Source of the DNA: a bacterium
GTDB taxonomy: Bacteria; Bacteroidota; Bacteroidia; NS11-12g; UBA9320
NCBI GenBank assembly: GCA_018223105.1
Contig: JAAEYY010000001.1
Coordinates: forward strand, 214,544 to 278,543
DNA: 64,000 nucleotides
Direction: 5' to 3'
Numbering within the stretch: the stretch's first letter is position 1; each line of letters starts with the position of its first letter. Positions 29,315-37,619 of the stretch are shown here, piece by piece. A program made the translations under genes and the position numbers. The notes below the pieces were generated by a model. That model saw only the letters and a program-made list of their open reading frames with translations, was not told the origin of the DNA and searched no databases.

Positions 29315-29950
29315 ATGTACGGAACATTCAAATTTTACTTTCTTTTTTTAGTGGTAATGTCAGCAGCATCTTGTGTGCCTATCAATCATATTACCAGTCC
29401 GGAAGTTTTGGATAAATCAGAGCAAAGCATTGCTTTTGGAGCTGTGATTGAACCAAAACTTGTTAGTTACGACACAGCGCTTTATGGTGTTCAGCCTCAA
29501 TTTACTTACCGTACCGGATTAGGGCACGGCGCTGATTTCGGCATTGGAATTTATGGACTTGCGTACCCGATACTTAATTTTGATTACAAGCATTATTTAG
29601 TTGATCGCCCACGAGTTGACCTTACCGGGGACCTTCATTTCTTTGCAGGATATAAGCGACCTACGGGATTAAAGTACAACCTCATTTTTGGAAATGAACG
29701 GATTTTTACCAGCGGTGGAGTATATTATTTTTTCACACATCAGTTGGAAACCTCCAAAAATGTGAACTGGTTGTGGGGTTTGGGTGCAGCTTTAGGTGAG
29801 AATAAGAACTTTTTGGTTCAAGGCGTTATTTCAAATGAGATTAGCTTATCAGATAAAGCTTCGGTTATAGACAATATGCCTTATTACCCACAACCCTATC
29901 TCTCATTCGGTTTTTCGTATCAGTTTAACAGCAGAAAAAGAAGAAATTAA
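29315..29950 (+). CDS. hypothetical lipoprotein / outer-membrane protein
   Basis: The internal Met gives a signal peptide with lipobox (VVMSAASC). The ORF overlaps the end of the sulfotransferase gene. Confidence 0.45.
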   Translation: MYGTFKFYFLFLVVMSAASCVPINHITSPEVLDKSEQSIAFGAVIEPKLVSYDTALYGVQPQFTYRTGLGHGADFGIGIYGLAYPILNFDYKHYLVDRPRVDLTGDLHFFAGYKRPTGLKYNLIFGNERIFTSGGVYYFFTHQLETSKNVNWLWGLGAALGENKNFLVQGVISNEISLSDKASVIDNMPYYPQPYLSFGFSYQFNSRKRRN

Positions 29951-30035
29951 AAAAAAATATCATAAAGTGTAAAACAAAGTCTTTAATTATCTGTCTATAC
30001 ATACAAATAGAAGAATTAGAATTAAAATTAAAGAC

Positions 30036-30566
30036 ATGGAAGCACAAACAGCAAGCACAGCAAAATGGACAATAGACCCTTCACACAGTGAAATGGTCTT
30101 CAAAGTAAAACACATGATGATCTCTACTGTTACAGGGAGATTTGAAGATTTCAGCGGTGAGTTGGAAGCGGAAGGTGAAGATTTTTCTCACGGAAGAGCC
30201 AAGATCAACATTGACGTAAATTCTATTACAACAAACAACAAAGACCGCGACGCTCATTTGAAGTCGGATGACTTTTTCAACGCTGAATCTTTTCCTCAAA
30301 TCACCTTTGTTTCTCGTTCATTCGACGGAAATAAATTGGTGGGAGATCTTACCATTAGAGATGTGACAAAAGAAGTTAGTCTTGATGTAGATTATCAAGG
30401 TACTGCAGTTGACCCTTACGGACAAACCAAAGCAGGTTTTGAAGTAAGAGGAGAAATCAACCGAAAAGATTTTAACCTTAAGTGGAATGCAGTAACTGAA
30501 GCCGGAAACATTGTGGTTTCAGACACTGTTAAATTAGATCTTCACGTCCAATTTGTGAAGCAATAA
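30036..30566 (+). CDS. YceI-family polyisoprenoid/lipid-binding protein
   Basis: 176 aa with KWTIDPSHSEMVFKVKHMMISTVTGRFEDFSG, typical of YceI. Confidence 0.8.
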   Translation: MEAQTASTAKWTIDPSHSEMVFKVKHMMISTVTGRFEDFSGELEAEGEDFSHGRAKINIDVNSITTNNKDRDAHLKSDDFFNAESFPQITFVSRSFDGNKLVGDLTIRDVTKEVSLDVDYQGTAVDPYGQTKAGFEVRGEINRKDFNLKWNAVTEAGNIVVSDTVKLDLHVQFVKQ

Positions 30567-30585
30567 GTGGTTTTCATAGGAAGAT

Positions 30586-30616
30586 AAGCGGGCCCATTGG
30601 GTCCGCTTTTTTTTTT
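30586..30616 (+). terminator. rho-independent terminator after the YceI gene
   Basis: gcgggccca-ttg-ggtccgc stem followed by a T10 run. Confidence 0.6.
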
Positions 30617-30631
30617 GCCTGTATTTAAGAT

Positions 30632-31282
30632 TTGAAAATCAAGCAAGTACAAACCAAAAAAAACTACATATTTGTAAAGAACCAATTAACAAAACCTATG
30701 AATGAATGGTGGACTACCCTTGATACTTTTGAAAAGATCTTTTGGGTAATTGCAATCCCTTCTACTCTGGCATTTTTAATTCAGCTTGTACTCACATTTT
30801 TTGGTGCGGATATGGATATGGACGCCGATGCAGATATGGAGGTAGATGCTGAAATCGAAGCTGACCACGGTATCCCTTTTCAGTTTTTTACTTTAAAAAA
30901 CCTCATTGCATTTTTTACGGTATTCGGTTGGACCGGTATAGCCTGTTTAGATGCAGGTCTGGGGCAAGGCGTATCTGTTGTAGTGGCCTTTATTTCCGGC
31001 TTATTGATGATGACTGTAATGGCTACCATATTTTATTATATGGGTAAACTTACAGACAGTGGTTCTCTTAATATGTTAAATGCATTAAACACTGAAGGTG
31101 AGGTGTATTTAATCATTCCAAAGTCTAGATCCGGTTTTGGGAAAGTTCAAATAAAAATCCAAGGTTCACTCAGAGAGCTGGATGCTGCTACCAACGATTT
31201 GGAAGATATTCCAACCGGCAGTATTGTTCGAGTAACCGAAGTAAGTGCTAATAATATTCTTATCGTAACAAAGTCAAGCTAA
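30632..31282 (+). CDS. NfeD-like membrane protein (flotillin-associated, C-terminal OB-fold)
   Basis: 216 aa. TM helices and a C-terminal beta-barrel region (GEVYLIIPKSRSGFGKVQIKIQG...VRVTEV). Immediately upstream of flotillin. Confidence 0.55.
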   Translation: MKIKQVQTKKNYIFVKNQLTKPMNEWWTTLDTFEKIFWVIAIPSTLAFLIQLVLTFFGADMDMDADADMEVDAEIEADHGIPFQFFTLKNLIAFFTVFGWTGIACLDAGLGQGVSVVVAFISGLLMMTVMATIFYYMGKLTDSGSLNMLNALNTEGEVYLIIPKSRSGFGKVQIKIQGSLRELDAATNDLEDIPTGSIVRVTEVSANNILIVTKSS

Positions 31283-31286
31283 ATCA

Positions 31287-32714
31287 ATGAATTATATAGT
31301 AGTAGTATTATCCATTGCGGTCCTCTTTATTTTTATTCTCATTATATCGGTGCTTCGCCGATATAAAAGATGTCCATCGGATCGTGTTCTCGTAGTATAT
31401 GGTAAAGTAGGAAAAGGAGTAGATAAATTAAGCAGATCTGCTAAGTGTATTCACGGTGGTGCTGCATTTATCTGGCCTGTAATTCAGGATTATGCTTTCT
31501 TGGATTTAACACCGCATTCCATTGAAGTGAATCTAACCAATGCACTTTCAAGGCAAAATATTCGGGTAGATGTGCCGTCTAGGTTTACAATTGGTATTTC
31601 TACCGAACCTGGTGTGATGGAAAATGCTGCAGAGCGTCTATTAGGTCAGAGCAAAGAGCAAATTCACAATTTGGCATTGGATATCATCTTCGGTCAGCTT
31701 CGTTTAGTAGTTGCCACTATGGATATTGAGGAGATCAACAATAACAGAGATAAATTCTTGAGCAATGTAAGTTCGAATGTGGAAGCAGAGCTTAAGAAAG
31801 TGGGCTTGAAACTCATCAACGTAAACTTAACTGATATTAGAGATGAGTCGGGCTACATTGAAGCTCTAGGTAAGGAAGCTGCAGCAAAAGCAATTAACGA
31901 TGCAAAGAAATCTGTGGCAGAGAAAAACAGAGACGGTGCCATTGGAGAGGCAATCGCCTTGCAAGATCAAAGAGTTAAAGTTTCTGAAGCAGATGCAACT
32001 GCAGTAGAAGGGGAGAACTTAGCAAAAATTACGATTGCAAACTCAGATGCATTGCGTAGACAAAGAGAGGCAGAGGCTGAAAAGATGGCAATTGCCTCTG
32101 AGAAGGTTCAGGCGGCAAGAGCATTGGAAGAAGCATATGTTGCGGAGAAAGAAGCTGAAGAGTCTAGAGCGAATCGAGAGAAAGCAACAAAGTATGCCGA
32201 TATCGTAATACCGGCACAAATAGATAAAGAGAAAGTAGAAATTAATGCAGAAGCCGAAGCAGAGCAGAAAAGAAGAGTAGCTAAAGGTGAGGCCGATGCT
32301 ATCTTCTTGAAATTAGATGCAGAAGCGCGAGGTGTTATGGAAGTATTAACAAAACAGGCAAAAGGTTTCAAAGACCTTGTAGCAGCTTCCGGTAATGATC
32401 CTAAAAATGCTGCAATGCTCTTGATTGCAGATAAATTGAATGAGCTAGTTGAACTTCAAGCAAAAGCGATCAGCAATATCAAGATCGATAAAGTTACGGT
32501 TTGGGATGGCGGCAATAATGCTGATGGCAAAAACGCCACTTCTAATTTCTTAAGTGGAATGTATAAATCTGTTCCACCTTTAGAAGATATCTTCAACATG
32601 GCCGGACTTCAACTACCTGAATACCTCAGAGGCAAATCTTTGGAAGAAGCTCGAGATATTATGGAAGATAAAACTTCAGATGGCTCTGAAAACACAAATG
32701 AAGAAAAATCCTAG
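31287..32714 (+). CDS. flotillin / SPFH (band-7) domain protein
   Basis: 475 aa. N-terminal TM, SPFH domain, long Ala/Glu-rich coiled coil. Confidence 0.8.
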   Translation: MNYIVVVLSIAVLFIFILIISVLRRYKRCPSDRVLVVYGKVGKGVDKLSRSAKCIHGGAAFIWPVIQDYAFLDLTPHSIEVNLTNALSRQNIRVDVPSRFTIGISTEPGVMENAAERLLGQSKEQIHNLALDIIFGQLRLVVATMDIEEINNNRDKFLSNVSSNVEAELKKVGLKLINVNLTDIRDESGYIEALGKEAAAKAINDAKKSVAEKNRDGAIGEAIALQDQRVKVSEADATAVEGENLAKITIANSDALRRQREAEAEKMAIASEKVQAARALEEAYVAEKEAEESRANREKATKYADIVIPAQIDKEKVEINAEAEAEQKRRVAKGEADAIFLKLDAEARGVMEVLTKQAKGFKDLVAASGNDPKNAAMLLIADKLNELVELQAKAISNIKIDKVTVWDGGNNADGKNATSNFLSGMYKSVPPLEDIFNMAGLQLPEYLRGKSLEEARDIMEDKTSDGSENTNEEKS

Positions 32715-34111
32715 TACTTCGTGATTTTGTGAATCTCAGTTTTTCCTTTTGAATTGATGTGAATGAAGTATAGTCCTTTTGCAAAGCTCGAAAGGTCCAT
32801 CTCATGTTGGATAGCACTGAATTTGTGCTCTGCAACAAATGCTCCATTGACGTCATACACAATTACGGTTGCATCCTGAACCATTGGAAGTTCTATAAAC
32901 AAATGGCCTTGAGTTGGATTAGGATAAGCGAGATACGGAGCATCGGTATCGGTATTGATTGCGATTACCTTACTGTATCTTATATCTCCATTTTTAAAGG
33001 TTTGTTTAATGCGGAAATATGCCGGTCCGGGCTCAATTTGGAAATGATTAGCACTGTATGATTGAATACGAATACTGTTTCCTGAACTTCTTCTCTCCGC
33101 TAAAGGAACGAAAATCTTACCGTCTTCACTTACTTCTAAAGTGTAATAATCAAGACCAATTTCTTCTCTTGAAATCCACTGTAGTTCATATGCACCTTGC
33201 GCTGTCTGCACTGCTGTAAAATGCATGATATCTACTGAGTATTGTTCAATTTCTTCGTCGCCTAACTTGAACGCTTCTCCACGACCGTAGAAAGAATTAC
33301 TTTCAAATCCACCGAAAAATCCTTCAAGCCCTGATTGCTTATCAAATTCAGTTTTCAAGACCCAGCTTTTAGATGTTCCACCACCAAAAAGCGCAAGAAC
33401 TTCTTTTGTGCTTGAGCCATTCACTGAAACCTCAAAAGGGTAAACTCCTGCAAAAAGTTCAATATCGAATTTTCCATTCTCATCTGTATTTCCAAGATTT
33501 ACTTCTTTTCCGGGGCCCATTTTTGCCATCACTTTCACATTAGACAATCCGGCGCCATCTGCTTTCTCAACATGAATGCCATAGAATGCTGTTTGCAGGA
33601 TTAGGGTACCGCCATTTGCGCAAGCACTTACAGTTTGTGTTCCAACAGCATTAGAGTGGTCTTTTACTGCTTTAAATCGATAAGTACCGGGAAATAGTTC
33701 AGTTTTTACTCTACCGTTTTGCCCCGTGGTTCCTATGGATTGAAAATGCTCACCTTCATCATTATAAAAAACTTCTACATCAGACTGATTCTTCCCGAAT
33801 GAGTTTACAATTCTTACCTGGAAGTTTGCTGTTTTAAAACTAACTTTTCCGGGGGCACTGCTGTGAACAATTTGAAATGATTTGTTTTTACTTGCTTTAA
33901 AGTCCCAGTCTCCTTCAGCAAGGTCGGCAGAAAATAGACCATCACTGTTGGTTTGACCCAATAGTTTATAGGCTTCATTGTTCTGACTCGCTTCAATGGA
34001 AATGTTAGAAAGTGGTTCACCTTCTGAATTAAGAACTTCAAATTTTACGGGGGCGGCTTCGGCAAATAAGCCGAATAAAGTCAACAGACTTAATGCTAAT
34101 ACAGGTCTCAT
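32711..34111 (-). CDS. T9SS C-terminal-sorting-domain secreted protein with carboxypeptidase-regulatory-like repeats
   Basis: 466 aa. Signal peptide, repeated Ig-like/CarbopepD_reg-like segments, and C-terminal ...GLYFIHINSKGKTEIHKITKY, typical of a T9SS CTD. Confidence 0.65.
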   Translation of the reverse strand: MRPVLALSLLTLFGLFAEAAPVKFEVLNSEGEPLSNISIEASQNNEAYKLLGQTNSDGLFSADLAEGDWDFKASKNKSFQIVHSSAPGKVSFKTANFQVRIVNSFGKNQSDVEVFYNDEGEHFQSIGTTGQNGRVKTELFPGTYRFKAVKDHSNAVGTQTVSACANGGTLILQTAFYGIHVEKADGAGLSNVKVMAKMGPGKEVNLGNTDENGKFDIELFAGVYPFEVSVNGSSTKEVLALFGGGTSKSWVLKTEFDKQSGLEGFFGGFESNSFYGRGEAFKLGDEEIEQYSVDIMHFTAVQTAQGAYELQWISREEIGLDYYTLEVSEDGKIFVPLAERRSSGNSIRIQSYSANHFQIEPGPAYFRIKQTFKNGDIRYSKVIAINTDTDAPYLAYPNPTQGHLFIELPMVQDATVIVYDVNGAFVAEHKFSAIQHEMDLSSFAKGLYFIHINSKGKTEIHKITKY

Positions 34112-34164
34112 AGGTCGATAGTAAGGTTTAATTAAAGTTTAGGTCGCATTAACAACATGCGCTG

Positions 34165-34207
34165 CGAATGCCTGCGCAAGCTACGAATGCCTGCGCAAGC
34201 TACGAAT
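34165..34207. repeat. 19-bp direct tandem repeat x2.4 (cgaatgcctgcgcaagcta)
   Basis: Exact duplicate visible in the intergenic sequence. Confidence 0.6.
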
Positions 34208-34249
34208 TTTAATGCAGATTTCAATTAAAATGATTGAAAATCAAGTCTA

Positions 34250-35107
34250 TTAATCGTAAGAAATTTGCTTTTTCCAGCGCTTATGGCTCCAAAGGTACTG
34301 TCCCGGTTGAGCTTTTATATTCTGTTCCAACAAGCTGGCGTATTGTTTCACAACAGATTCGTCTTGCTTTATCGGAATGTATTCAACTTCGTAATATCCG
34401 CGCTTACTTTGGGTCATATGAGCATAGACCAATACTTGATCTAGCTTAGAAGCCATTCGGTCTGCACCTACGAGGAATTCGGTTTCAATACCGAAGAAAT
34501 CAGCAGATTCTATGCTGCTGTTCATTTTTGGTCTCTGATCTCCTATAACGTAGGTTAAGGTTGGAATTTGCTTGTCTGCATAGCCTTTTAGAACTTTAAA
34601 ACCATTAGCAGATTCTACACAGCGATTCCCAAACTTCTGTCTTAAAAGCAACATCAATTCATTAAAATAAGAGCTGCTTTGTTTCTGATAAAAGCTTAAA
34701 AAGCGATGATCTATATGTAAAGGTAAAAATGCCATCCACTCCCAGTTGGCAATGTGAGCTGCATAGACAATGACACTTTTCTTTTCGAGGTAATATTGTT
34801 TTAGTAATTCCGGGTTTATAATATTTACTCGTTTTTTAGCTTCTTTGGGGTTCATTCCCAGGATTTTAACTGCCTCAAGAAAGATGTCAGTAAAATGAGT
34901 TTGAAACTCTTTTCGGATCTTGGTTCTTTGCTTTTTACTCATTTGCGGAAAAGCAATTCCGAGGTTTTTCTCAATTACCTTTTTTCTGTATCCTATGAGA
35001 TTGAATATAATAAAAGATAATCCGGAAGAAATAAGGTGCAAGACCTTAACCGGTAAGAAAGACAGGAGATAAAAAGGAAGATATTTTAGTTTCCGGAGGA
35101 TAAGCAA
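34250..35107 (-). CDS. lipid A biosynthesis lauroyl/myristoyl acyltransferase family (LpxL/HtrB-like)
   Basis: 285 aa. N-terminal TM and the HIANWEW acyltransferase motif. Confidence 0.7.
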   Translation of the reverse strand: MLILRKLKYLPFYLLSFLPVKVLHLISSGLSFIIFNLIGYRKKVIEKNLGIAFPQMSKKQRTKIRKEFQTHFTDIFLEAVKILGMNPKEAKKRVNIINPELLKQYYLEKKSVIVYAAHIANWEWMAFLPLHIDHRFLSFYQKQSSSYFNELMLLLRQKFGNRCVESANGFKVLKGYADKQIPTLTYVIGDQRPKMNSSIESADFFGIETEFLVGADRMASKLDQVLVYAHMTQSKRGYYEVEYIPIKQDESVVKQYASLLEQNIKAQPGQYLWSHKRWKKQISYD

Positions 35108-35125
35108 AAGTACGAAGGGAATCTC

Positions 35126-35650
35126 TTAGGACTCTATTAAATATTCCATTTTAAAATCGTCCATTACATATCCATTACCAATGTCGAAAACAACTTCATC
35201 CATGATTTTAAATCCCATGGTTTGATAGGCGGCAATGCTGTTTTTATTGTATTTGTTTACTGTAAGTTCGATCTTATTTAAGTTTAATTCCTTTGCTTTT
35301 TTAATGATAAATTGGAATGATTTCTTGCCGTAGCCATTACCTCTTTGATTGGATTGAACATAAAACTTACTTAAGAATAAAGCTTCATTTCTAGGCTCAA
35401 TAGCAAAGTAACCAATCAGCTCATTCTGATAAATTCCATAGTACAAAAAACCGGCTTTCAGCTGTTCTTTCATTCGTTCTTTGGATTGAAATTTTTCAAG
35501 CATGTATTCAACCTGATCCGGTCCAATGATCGGGGTATAGTGTTCTCGCCATATTGCAAATGCAAGAGACTCGAGTTGCTCCAGATTGTCATTCGATTTG
35601 AACTCTTTTATTTCCACTGTTTTCCTTGAATCAGCGCCAAAACTAATCAA
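35126..35650 (-). CDS. GNAT family N-acetyltransferase
   Basis: 174 aa. Acetyl-CoA binding motif QRGNGYGKK. Confidence 0.7.
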   Translation of the reverse strand: MISFGADSRKTVEIKEFKSNDNLEQLESLAFAIWREHYTPIIGPDQVEYMLEKFQSKERMKEQLKAGFLYYGIYQNELIGYFAIEPRNEALFLSKFYVQSNQRGNGYGKKSFQFIIKKAKELNLNKIELTVNKYNKNSIAAYQTMGFKIMDEVVFDIGNGYVMDDFKMEYLIES

Positions 35651-35771
35651 AGTAAGAAACCAATTCTTTATTTTCTGTAGAGTTGAGATATAAATATGTG
35701 CAGCTTATTTCATAAAAAGCGCGTTAGAATATTAACCTTTGCAGGCGATATATTAAAGGAGAATTGCACGC

Positions 35772-36131
35772 ATGAACGAGAAACAACAAGAGATATTGAA
35801 ATTGCTTGAAGCGGATCTAAAAACTGTAGGTGAGGCTTTAGAAGAAACAGTTGGGGATATTGTAAAACACGGTTTCTCTCAGTATCCTGTTTTACTTGCT
35901 CATGTGGATGAGCTGAGTATTGCGGATAAGGTGATTGATAGAAATGAATACCAGACCAATTTCAATTTTTCAGCATCTACACTGGAAGTGCTGATATCTA
36001 AAGGCATTATTCTTCAGGATAAAAAACAGGCTTTAATTGATCAATTTGTTTCAAAAAATGACCAGGCTTGTATCTTTATGGTTCATCCGGATATGATGAA
36101 TATCATATTTTCGCCACTCACAAAGAAATGA
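35772..36131 (+). CDS. hypothetical protein
   Basis: 119 aa ORF. ATGA overlap with the downstream GT2 start. Confidence 0.4.
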   Translation: MNEKQQEILKLLEADLKTVGEALEETVGDIVKHGFSQYPVLLAHVDELSIADKVIDRNEYQTNFNFSASTLEVLISKGIILQDKKQALIDQFVSKNDQACIFMVHPDMMNIIFSPLTKK

Positions 36132-37165
36132 CAAAATCACAGGAGCCGGGTGTTGCCGTAGTTATTCTCAATTTTAATACGAAAAACTTACTCCGTAAGT
36201 TTTTGCCTATTGTGCTAAGCAGCACATATCGGAACAAAACCGTTTGGGTAGCGGATAATGCTTCCTCAGATGGTTCTGTTGAAATGGTAAAAGCCGAATT
36301 TCCTGAAGTTAAAACCATATCACTTAAGGAAAATTATGGTTATGCAGGGGGGTATAATGAAGCACTTAAGCAGATTGAAGATGATTATTATGTGCTCCTG
36401 AATTCTGATGTTGAAGTCACCCCGGGTTGGATAGAACCTCTGGTAGCAAAGGCATTAGCAGACCCCAAAGTAGGCGCAATACAGCCTAAAATATTAGATT
36501 ATAAACAGAAGAATTTGTTTGAATATGCCGGAGCTTGTGGCGGATTCTTAGACAAGTTTTATTACCCTTATTGTCGAGGTAGAATGTTCGACACGCTGGA
36601 AGAAGATCAGGGTCAGTACGACACTGAAATGAAAATTTTCTGGGCTACCGGCGCTTGTATGTTTATTAGCTCAAAAGCGTACAAAGAGGTTAATGGTCTT
36701 GACCCCGATTTCTTCGCTCATATGGAAGAAATTGATATGTGCTGGCGACTCATGCGTTTGGGCTACGTTCATTATGTATGTCCGGATTCTGTGGTGTATC
36801 ACATGGGGGGAGGCACATTGGCAAATGGAACAGAAAGAAAGTACTATCTGAACTACCGTAACAACTTGATCATGATGATTAAAAACTTGCCCTCGTTTAA
36901 GTGGTTTACTGCGATGTTGGGAAGAATGGTATTAGATGGTATTTCAGCCGTGAGATTTGCTACTCAAGGAAAATGGTTTGTGGTGAAAGCCATTCTCAAA
37001 GCTCATGGCGAAATTTGGAGGAAACTCGGGTATTGGCGAAAGAAACATCGCAACATTGTTGAATCCTCTGAGCAGAATATTTATTTACACGATGAGTCTG
37101 TTGTTTGGACCTATTTCATGCAGGGCAAGCACAAATTCAGCGATTTAAAACATCATGATGTCTGA
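36128..37165 (+). CDS. family 2 glycosyltransferase
   Basis: Start at MTKSQEPGVAVVILNFN. DxD-like (NSDVEV) and GT2 core motifs. Confidence 0.75.
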   Translation: MTKSQEPGVAVVILNFNTKNLLRKFLPIVLSSTYRNKTVWVADNASSDGSVEMVKAEFPEVKTISLKENYGYAGGYNEALKQIEDDYYVLLNSDVEVTPGWIEPLVAKALADPKVGAIQPKILDYKQKNLFEYAGACGGFLDKFYYPYCRGRMFDTLEEDQGQYDTEMKIFWATGACMFISSKAYKEVNGLDPDFFAHMEEIDMCWRLMRLGYVHYVCPDSVVYHMGGGTLANGTERKYYLNYRNNLIMMIKNLPSFKWFTAMLGRMVLDGISAVRFATQGKWFVVKAILKAHGEIWRKLGYWRKKHRNIVESSEQNIYLHDESVVWTYFMQGKHKFSDLKHHDV

Positions 37166-37587
37166 TTGCGGTGGAGAAGGTATTGAATTGCGAATTCGTA
37201 TCCTTTAAGTCCTAATCCAAAAACGCCACCCACCAGATATTGAGCTAGTAGTTCTTTATGACGCTCTTCTTCTCTAGCATAAATATTTGAAATATGCACA
37301 CCAACTACCGGAATATCTATTGACGATACAGCGTCGGCCAGTGCAACTGAACTGTGACTGTATCCTCCTGCATTTAATATTATTCCATCAAAATTTTCAG
37401 CGTCTGCACTGTGTATTTTATTGATTAGCTCACCTTCAACGTTACTTTGATAATAAGTAATTTCAATAGTGCTATATGCTTCTCTAATTTCATCGAGGTA
37501 AGATTCGAAGCTAGTTGCGCCGTATATCTCAGGTTGACGTTTTCCGAGAAGATTAAGGTTTGGACCGTTAATGATGATGAATTTCAT
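37153..37587 (-). CDS. aroQ: type II 3-dehydroquinate dehydratase
   Basis: 144 aa. MKFIIINGPNLNLLGKRQPEIYG is a typical AroQ N-terminus. Confidence 0.85.
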   Translation of the reverse strand: MKFIIINGPNLNLLGKRQPEIYGATSFESYLDEIREAYSTIEITYYQSNVEGELINKIHSADAENFDGIILNAGGYSHSSVALADAVSSIDIPVVGVHISNIYAREEERHKELLAQYLVGGVFGLGLKGYEFAIQYLLHRNQTS

Positions 37588-37619
37588 TTGGTGTTTTATT
37601 CCGATTCAAAGTTATAACT

